DNA from: a virus
Virus genome (UHGV): UHGV-1991486
DNA: 40,667 bases
Direction: 5' to 3' (one strand)
Position numbers and translations under genes: made by a program. This document shows positions 35,630 to 40,667 of the stretch, piece by piece (position 1 is the stretch's first letter; each line of letters starts with the position of its first letter). The notes under the pieces were generated by a model. The model did not search any database, was not told where the DNA came from, and was given only the letters and a program-made list of their open reading frames with translations.

Positions 35630-35802
35630 TGATTTTATTTTGCCCTGATTTAACGGGAAAAGAAGAGGTAAAAGCAATGTTTATTGGGAATGGAGATTTT
35701 GTCAGACCAGTGTTACATCCGTGCATTAAAGAGAAATGCATAGCGTACAAGGATGGAAAGTGCATGAAATACGATAATGAAGTGGAGGTAAAAGATGAAT
35801 AG
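35629..35802 (+). CDS. Cys-rich mini-protein (57 aa).
   Basis: ATG overlaps the YopX TGA. 'CPDL...HPCIKEKCIAYKDGKC'. Confidence 0.4.
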   Translation: MILFCPDLTGKEEVKAMFIGNGDFVRPVLHPCIKEKCIAYKDGKCMKYDNEVEVKDE

Positions 35803-35857
35803 AGAAATCCTTTTTAAAGCAAAGAGAATAGATAATGGTGATTTGGAGGTGGAGTGA
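35795..35857 (+). pseudogene. Duplicated 5' fragment of the yopX gene (20 codons) fused to the junction repeat.
   Basis: About 44 nt nearly identical to the YopX start at 35183 (about three mismatches), then the junction repeat and stop. Confidence 0.45.
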
Positions 35858-36009
35858 TGAAAAAATATGATATTTTAATTGCAAAATTGTATGCGTGCTG
35901 TGGAAATCAGGAAGAGTTTCCATGTGAGCCGATTACCATTGATACTAATAAAATGAGCGAGTTATTGGAAGGTGTATTTATAGAAGCGGGATTGTTGGAG
36001 GTAGAGTGA
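35857..36009 (+). CDS. Cys-containing mini-protein (50 aa) ending in LLEVE.
   Basis: TGATGA junction. 'LYACCGNQEEFPCEP'. Confidence 0.4.
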   Translation: MKKYDILIAKLYACCGNQEEFPCEPITIDTNKMSELLEGVFIEAGLLEVE

Positions 36010-36167
36010 TGAAAACAATAATTTACACAGTAGATGACGAAGAACCAGATTGCAATAGATGCGATCATTGTTGCGGCGAAGATTATTATTGTATCAAACA
36101 ATGTGGAGCAGAACATGGATGGAATGGATACGAAAGGTTAGAGAGAATTGAAAGTGATGAGGAGTAA
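36009..36167 (+). CDS. Cys-rich mini-protein (52 aa).
   Basis: 'PDCNRCDHCCGEDYYCIKQCG'. Confidence 0.4.
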   Translation: MKTIIYTVDDEEPDCNRCDHCCGEDYYCIKQCGAEHGWNGYERLERIESDEE

Positions 36168-36262
36168 CCATGTGGAAAATATCAACGATATCCAAAAAAG
36201 AATTATCCTGAGATGGATTTAATGGATAAAATCGAGGAACTAGAGTTGTTGGAGGCGTAGTA

Positions 36263-36379
36263 ATGAAAAAAGAGTGCATTAAATGCAAATATTATAAAAA
36301 CTACTATAAATCAACAGAATGTTATTGCGAAAAAGGTTATTGTGTTATGGATAAGAAAAATAGGAGACGAAATAAATGA
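36263..36379 (+). CDS. Cys-rich mini-protein (38 aa).
   Basis: 'CIKCKYYKNYYKSTECYCEKGYC'. ATGA overlap with the next gene. Confidence 0.35.
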   Translation: MKKECIKCKYYKNYYKSTECYCEKGYCVMDKKNRRRNK

Positions 36380-36765
36380 ACGTACTAGAGAAGATCTTGG
36401 AAGAGATTGAAGATCATGCGATAGAGTTTGAATCATTCGGAATGTGTGATGATTATGTGAGTATTAGATGGATAAAAGAAATCATTCGTTCCCACATGGA
36501 CGAAGTCCAGAAGTGCGGAGAATGCAGCCGAAGAAAATGGTATCAGAAAGGATATGAAGACAGCAAGAAAGACAATGACTGGATTCCTTACTCAGTACAA
36601 AATATGCCTAAGAAAGAAGATGTATATCTTGTAACGTGTGACGATGAAGAATATCCGGTAAAGAGAATGAGATTTAAAGAGGATTTATGGTACTGGACTT
36701 ACGGGATATATGACGGAAGAATTTTGGCGTATCAGTCGTTACCAGAACCATACAAGGAGGAATAA
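36376..36765 (+). CDS. DUF551-like phage protein.
   Basis: 'WIPYSVQNMP...YLVTCDDEEYPVKRMRF...AYQSLPEPYK' fits the DUF551 C-terminal pattern. Confidence 0.55.
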   Translation: MNVLEKILEEIEDHAIEFESFGMCDDYVSIRWIKEIIRSHMDEVQKCGECSRRKWYQKGYEDSKKDNDWIPYSVQNMPKKEDVYLVTCDDEEYPVKRMRFKEDLWYWTYGIYDGRILAYQSLPEPYKEE

Positions 36766-36766
36766 C

Positions 36767-36958
36767 ATGGACATTTTAATCACAATCGCATTCCTAGCCC
36801 TGTATTACATCCTGGGGCTTGGAACAGTGATTGCCCTAAAGACAGGATTGGAAGAGGATGTAAAACTAGAAGGTGCGGATTACCTGATGGCTGCGGGATT
36901 CCCGATACTGTTATTTGTGGTGTTTTTGGATTGGATCGTGCGAAAGATAGTGAGGTAG
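36767..36958 (+). CDS. Small two-transmembrane membrane protein.
   Basis: RBS AGGAGG upstream. Hydrophobic segments. Confidence 0.5.
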   Translation: MDILITIAFLALYYILGLGTVIALKTGLEEDVKLEGADYLMAAGFPILLFVVFLDWIVRKIVR

Positions 36959-36963
36959 AAAAT

Positions 36964-37572
36964 ATGAGAAAATTTAACTGGGACGAATTTAAGGATGCAG
37001 ATAATAAGATTGCAGTGCACTGCAAGACCGAGGAAGAGGCGAAAGACTTTTGCAAAAGAATGCATGAGCACGGGATGAAGTGGAGGGATGGAGAGAGTTA
37101 TTTAGAATGTACAGAATATGGAAAACATCTCAGTGAAACATGCTATACAGGATATGGTGAGTTCGCAAGTTACGATTTTTACAAAGAACGCGAATACAAA
37201 ATTTTAGAATGGAGCGATTACATGGACAAAGAATTTACCAAGGCAGATTTGGAAGATGGGATGGTAGTTGAACAAAAAAATGGAAACATGTATCTTGTAT
37301 TGGCTGGGAAGGCAGTAAGAAAAGGCAGATGCAATCGTATAGACGGTTACACTGATGACTTGAAATGGGAAGGTCGTACAGGTTATACAGGAGGAGACAT
37401 CGTTAAAGTCTATAGAATTACTCCGGAATCACTCGGATGCATAGAAGATGTGTTTATTAAAAGCAACCTTGAACTCATCTGGGAACGCACCGAATCGAAG
37501 AAAATGACTGTGGAAGAAATGAAACAGAAGCTGGAAGAACTGACAGGAGAGGAAATTGAGGTGACGGCATGA
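36964..37572 (+). CDS. Hypothetical protein (203 aa).
   Basis: Clean ORF, ATG 36964. Confidence 0.5.
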   Translation: MRKFNWDEFKDADNKIAVHCKTEEEAKDFCKRMHEHGMKWRDGESYLECTEYGKHLSETCYTGYGEFASYDFYKEREYKILEWSDYMDKEFTKADLEDGMVVEQKNGNMYLVLAGKAVRKGRCNRIDGYTDDLKWEGRTGYTGGDIVKVYRITPESLGCIEDVFIKSNLELIWERTESKKMTVEEMKQKLEELTGEEIEVTA

Positions 37573-37609
37573 CCAGAGAGACTATGAAACGCAGAAGGGA
37601 GAAGAAAAA

Positions 37610-38053
37610 ATGCTAATTGAAGATAAAGTACAGATAGAAGCAGTGAAAACAAGATCGTATATGATGGGTGAGATAGATGGAAAAGTGATGATTACGCAAG
37701 GTAGATATATTGTATTTGTGAAGAAAGAAGATTTCTTGCTCGACATAGATAAGCAGAAGAAATTGCCAGAAGATGGGGTGAAACATTTTTCCACAGAAAA
37801 TATTCAGAGCCAAATGAGGGCGGCCAAGTTGTCAAACAGAATGCTTACAACTGGCAAAAGCATTCTGAGAGCAATAAGAGACGAGACAACAGGGGGATAC
37901 GCTTGGTTTGATAATGAATATTTGAAAATGTTCGACGGATGCACGCCAAATCTTATTAAACACCCAGGAAACTCTGAATACTACAATGCCGTGTTTACAC
38001 GCTACGGAGAAATAATAGGCATCATACTTCCTGTGAGGGTGAGTGAATGGTGA
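37610..38053 (+). CDS. Hypothetical protein (147 aa).
   Basis: RBS GGGAGAAG upstream. Confidence 0.5.
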   Translation: MLIEDKVQIEAVKTRSYMMGEIDGKVMITQGRYIVFVKKEDFLLDIDKQKKLPEDGVKHFSTENIQSQMRAAKLSNRMLTTGKSILRAIRDETTGGYAWFDNEYLKMFDGCTPNLIKHPGNSEYYNAVFTRYGEIIGIILPVRVSEW

Positions 38054-38089
38054 TAATAAGCTAGATGCAGAAAGGAGACAGCGGACATC

Positions 38090-38269
38090 ATGAAGAAAAT
38101 AGAAGCATACACTATGGCAACGAAAAAGCCCTGTAAGACGGCTTTAAAGCAAAAGGGGCATAAAGCCTTTGCCTGCGACTTTAAAGGCGGCGAGAGGGCG
38201 AATAAGGACGCTGTGGAGTACATAGCAGAGAAATACAACATAAAAGAGCGGATCCCGGGAGGTGATTGA
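38090..38269 (+). CDS. Small basic hypothetical protein (59 aa).
   Basis: RBS AAAGGAG upstream. Confidence 0.35.
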   Translation: MKKIEAYTMATKKPCKTALKQKGHKAFACDFKGGERANKDAVEYIAEKYNIKERIPGGD

Positions 38270-38678
38270 GTTGGACAAGAACGTAATCTATGAGTACATG
38301 GATGCGAAAGCATTGGTAAAAGAGACAGAAGAAGATATCAGACGGCACAGAAGAAAGACGATCGTACAGGACAAGGTGACAGGCAGCAATCCGGAGTTTC
38401 CATACCAGCCGCAGAGTTTTAATATCTATGGATGTGTAGAGAACACGGTGAATATAGACGAAGAGGAACGGTTGTTGGAGGAACGAAAGTTGAACGCAAA
38501 GCAGATTAAAGTAAAAGCAGAGCGAGTAATCAATAAAGCTTCGGTAAGGATGCAGAGGATTATCCGGTTCAAGGTGATGCAGGGGCTGACGTGGGACTCT
38601 GTAGCAATAAAAATGGGCGGAAGATGCACGAAAGACAGTGTAAGAATGGAATTTCAGAATTGGATGAAAGAAAAATAA
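38262..38678 (+). CDS. Putative late-gene transcriptional regulator (ArpU/RinA/sigma region-4-like).
   Basis: C-terminal 'RMQRIIRFKVMQGLTWDSVAIKMGGRCTKDSVRMEFQNWMKE' resembles a sigma region-4 HTH. Position just upstream of the packaging genes. Start uncertain (GTG 38262 or ATG 38298). Confidence 0.45.
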   Translation: MIELDKNVIYEYMDAKALVKETEEDIRRHRRKTIVQDKVTGSNPEFPYQPQSFNIYGCVENTVNIDEEERLLEERKLNAKQIKVKAERVINKASVRMQRIIRFKVMQGLTWDSVAIKMGGRCTKDSVRMEFQNWMKEK

Positions 38679-38772
38679 AGTTATTTCGTTTTTTTCACAT
38701 TTTTCGCTTTTAGGAGTTTATAGTATATCATGGAGTTAAAAGATAAGCTCCAAAATCTTTCCAAACATTCGG

Positions 38773-38816
38773 AACACCGCCGGACTTCTCCCCTTTCTTG
38801 TCTGGCGGTGTTTTTA
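38773..38816 (+). terminator. Strong rho-independent terminator.
   Basis: aacaccgccgga-N16-tctggcggtgtt (12-bp stem) followed by ttt. Confidence 0.8.
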
Positions 38817-38818
38817 TG

Positions 38819-38864
38819 CCGTGGTCAGTTGGGACAAGCAGGTTCGATCCCTGCACACGGTTTT
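38819..38864 (+). other. tRNA-like minihelix (acceptor-like stem plus a perfect T-arm, no anticodon arm) followed by TTTT. Either a degraded tRNA or a second terminator.
   Basis: ccgtg...cacgg stem enclosing GCAGG-TTCGATC-CCTGC. Confidence 0.3.
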
Positions 38865-39057
38865 GCGATGTAAGGTTTGCGGCTTACCAGCTGGGGGTTG
38901 CTGTAGGGAGTGCACACCGGCTTTACATCGCAAATGGTACCAAAACGCAGATATCCGCAGATCTGCCAGAACAACAAACAAAAAATAGATTCAGCAATCT
39001 ATATTTAGTGTCAGTACCCAGTGCGGATAGGGTAAAGGATGTCAGACGGCATCCTAC

Positions 39058-39130
39058 GGGTGTATAGCTCAGTTGGTAGAGCGGTGGTCTCCAAAACCAT
39101 ATGTCATCGGTTCGATTCCGGTTGCACCTG
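39058..39130 (+). tRNA. tRNA-Trp (anticodon CCA).
   Basis: 73 nt. The cloverleaf folds with D-loop AGTTGGTA, anticodon arm GGTCTCCAAAACC as in bacterial tRNA-Trp, and T-loop TTCGATT. The acceptor stem has G·U pairs at positions 1-72 and 6-67. Confidence 0.75.
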
Positions 39131-39271
39131 TTGTGGACTACTGCAGCCTCCTTTCTTTTGGTTTTGCGTTATTTGGTTTTGATTATTATATTATGCAGTA
39201 GTCCTATAAACGTATTGAAGATCTATGGCTTTTAGAGTAGAATAGAAGAAAAGCGAAAGGAGAGAAGTGTT

Positions 39272-39589
39272 ATGGAAAAAATACTTTTAGGGGAATTCAA
39301 GAGAGGAGAGAAGGTATTCCCATTTAATGAAATCGAAATGTCTGATGATTCGTTCGAAAATATAAAAGATGTAATTTGTTCGTCGCTGAATGAACATAAT
39401 CAAGATATTGAAATTACACTTAGAGAAAGAGATGTAGATATTAAAGATACAGTATACTCGTTAAAAGGACAATTATACGATAGCAGAGAATTATATATTC
39501 AGAAACTTAAAATTTTAACAATACATGATTTTGGTAGTTATAGGATATTAGAATGTTTTATCCCGGAAGGAGAAGTAAGCATTCGCTAA
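39272..39589 (+). CDS. Hypothetical protein (105 aa), AT-rich moron.
   Basis: RBS AAAGGAGAG upstream. Low GC. Followed by its own terminator. Confidence 0.5.
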   Translation: MEKILLGEFKRGEKVFPFNEIEMSDDSFENIKDVICSSLNEHNQDIEITLRERDVDIKDTVYSLKGQLYDSRELYIQKLKILTIHDFGSYRILECFIPEGEVSIR

Positions 39590-39630
39590 AGACATATCCA
39601 ATAAACTGGAAACAAGCATTGCGTAACGAC

Positions 39631-39655
39631 AGAGACACTTCGGTGTCTCTTTTTC
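39631..39655 (+). terminator. Rho-independent terminator.
   Basis: agagacac-ttcg-gtgtctct followed by ttttt. Confidence 0.85.
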
Positions 39656-39693
39656 TATGTGTTAAATTAACAGATTGAAAGGTGGTGAGTCCT

Positions 39694-40263
39694 ATGACAG
39701 AAAAACAGAAAATATTTGCAGATGAGTACTTGATTGATCTAAATGCCACACGGGCTTACCGCGCGGCGTATCCGAATTGCAAAAAAGATAGTTCGGCAGA
39801 TGCAGCAGCAAGAAAATTACTCGGAAATACTCGGATTCAAACATATATCACAGAACGAATGGAAGAACGGCAGAAACGAACGGAAATTACCCAGGACATG
39901 GTGCTACAGGAATTGGCTGCCATTGCTTTTTCTAAGGCTTCTGACTACGCGAAAGTAGTTGAGAAACAGGCTACAGCAGAAGTAGATGGAAATATTATTC
40001 CACTTGTAGGAGAAGACGGAGAACCGATTCTGTATCGGACCGTAGAATTGGAGCTTACAGATAACCTTACGGAAGAACAGCAGAGAGCCCTCGGAACGAT
40101 TAAAAAGGGGCGCGATGGATTGGAGCAGAAGCCCTGCGACAAGGTAAAGGCGCTCGAGCTTCTCGGCAGGCATTTAGGTATGTGGAATGACAAGCTGGAT
40201 GTAGCAGGAGATATGGACATGAAGATTGTGGTAGACTATGGTGATGAGGATGAAAGAAGTTAA
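39694..40263 (+). CDS. terS: Terminase small subunit (P27 / Terminase_2 family).
   Basis: 'MTEKQKIFADEYLIDLNATRAYRAAYPNC...ARKLLGNTRIQTYI' motif. RBS AAAGGTGGTGA. Confidence 0.8.
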   Translation: MTEKQKIFADEYLIDLNATRAYRAAYPNCKKDSSADAAARKLLGNTRIQTYITERMEERQKRTEITQDMVLQELAAIAFSKASDYAKVVEKQATAEVDGNIIPLVGEDGEPILYRTVELELTDNLTEEQQRALGTIKKGRDGLEQKPCDKVKALELLGRHLGMWNDKLDVAGDMDMKIVVDYGDEDERS

Positions 40264-40667
40264 TGTTGGATTTAACAGAAATTTCAAAGAGTTCAATGAG
40301 TGCAAGAAACGATACCGACTGGCAAAAGGTTCTGCCGGATCCGGGAAGTCAGTGAACATTGCACAGAATTTTATCATCAAACTTGGTGATCCAAAGTATA
40401 AAGGTGCAAATCTCTTGTGTGTCCGGAAAGTAGATACAACAAACAAGGATAGTACCTATGCGGAGTTGAAGAGTGCAATATATAAAATATACGGGGATAA
40501 AGCGGGATTATTCTGGCAGATCAGAAGCAATCCAATGGAGCTGATCTCTAAAGTAACTGGAAATAAAGTGATTTTCCGAGGGATGAAAGACGATGGACAG
40601 AGAGAGAAAGTAAAGTCTATCACATTCGATGTTGGAAAATTAACATGGATATGGATTGAAGAAGCAA
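40244..40667 (+). CDS. terL: Terminase large subunit, N-terminal (ATPase) part. Continues at window coordinate 1.
   Basis: Walker A 'LAKGSAGSGKS', Walker B 'LTWIWIEEA'. ORF runs open to the last base. ATG at 40244 or 40250. Confidence 0.85.
   Translation, partial: MRMKEVNVGFNRNFKEFNECKKRYRLAKGSAGSGKSVNIAQNFIIKLGDPKYKGANLLCVRKVDTTNKDSTYAELKSAIYKIYGDKAGLFWQIRSNPMELISKVTGNKVIFRGMKDDGQREKVKSITFDVGKLTWIWIEEA

Larger units (their letters stand above)
35615..36266 (+). repeat. Four copies of an 18-nt junction repeat TTGGAGG(T/C)(G/A)(G/T)AGT(G/A)ATGA. Each copy supplies the C-terminal codons (LEVE or LEA), a stop, an RBS and an overlapping ATG for consecutive mini-ORFs.
   Basis: Copies at 35615-32, 35843-60, 35995-36012 and 36249-66. 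Confidence 0.7.

Noticed and set aside
35615-36266. Possible CRISPR array, considered because of regularly recurring short repeats.
   Set aside because: The repeat is only 18 nt. It contains stop, RBS and start signals. The units between are coding and of unequal length. No cas genes or leader are present.
38798-39067. 89-aa plus-strand ORF.
   Set aside because: It overlaps a terminator, a tRNA-like hairpin, long inverted repeats and the 5' end of tRNA-Trp. The region is better explained as structured non-coding DNA or RNA.
40244-40667. Window ends interpreted as the physical ends of a linear genome.
   Set aside because: The terminase reading frame runs continuously across the end-to-start junction, so the break is an arbitrary linearisation point, not a genome terminus.

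Overview
The window reads as a complete temperate siphovirus-like phage genome of about 40.7 kb, Firmicutes/Clostridia-like in gene content. It appears to be a circular or circularly permuted contig. The terminase large-subunit (TerL) gene starts at 40244 and runs off the window end (40667), and its reading frame continues without a stop into bases 3..839 at the window start. The junction codon is a(40667)+ca(1-2)=ACA, giving ...LTWIWIEEA|T|ELYEADVDILDD..., i.e. the terminase Walker-B region. Gene order on the + strand: TerL C-terminus, SPP1-like portal, MuF/gp7 head-morphogenesis protein with an extra C-terminal domain plus a coupled small ORF, a phage-encoded Prp-type cysteine protease, three inserted ORFs, scaffold, major capsid, connector, head-closure, HK97-gp10-like, tail terminator, phi13-like major tail protein, tail assembly chaperone with a candidate -1 frameshift (G/GT), a 1001-aa tape measure protein with hydrophobic tandem repeats, distal tail protein (Dit), tail-associated lysin (Tal), a receptor-binding protein (RBP) with a Listeria-Bacteroides repeat, and an XhlA/holin/amidase lysis cassette. 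A small promoter-bearing moron follows, then a minus-strand lysogeny module: large serine integrase, lipoprotein, HsdR-N-like PD-(D/E)xK nuclease, ImmA-like protease and XRE repressor. The + strand resumes with a divergent Cro-like regulator, antirepressor, Sak/RAD52-like and NinB recombination proteins, RusA, a replisome organizer, a PAPS-reductase (IbrA-like) enzyme, an HNH endonuclease whose 3' end is interrupted by an IS630-family element (TA duplication, 25-bp inverted repeats, A8 frameshift site), a Lar-family restriction-alleviation protein, YopX, an array of tiny Cys-rich ORFs joined by an 18-nt repeated junction, a DUF551 protein, a late-regulator-like protein, terminators, a tRNA-Trp, an AT-rich moron and the terminase small subunit (TerS). 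All family calls are from motif recognition by eye, and no database searches were run.
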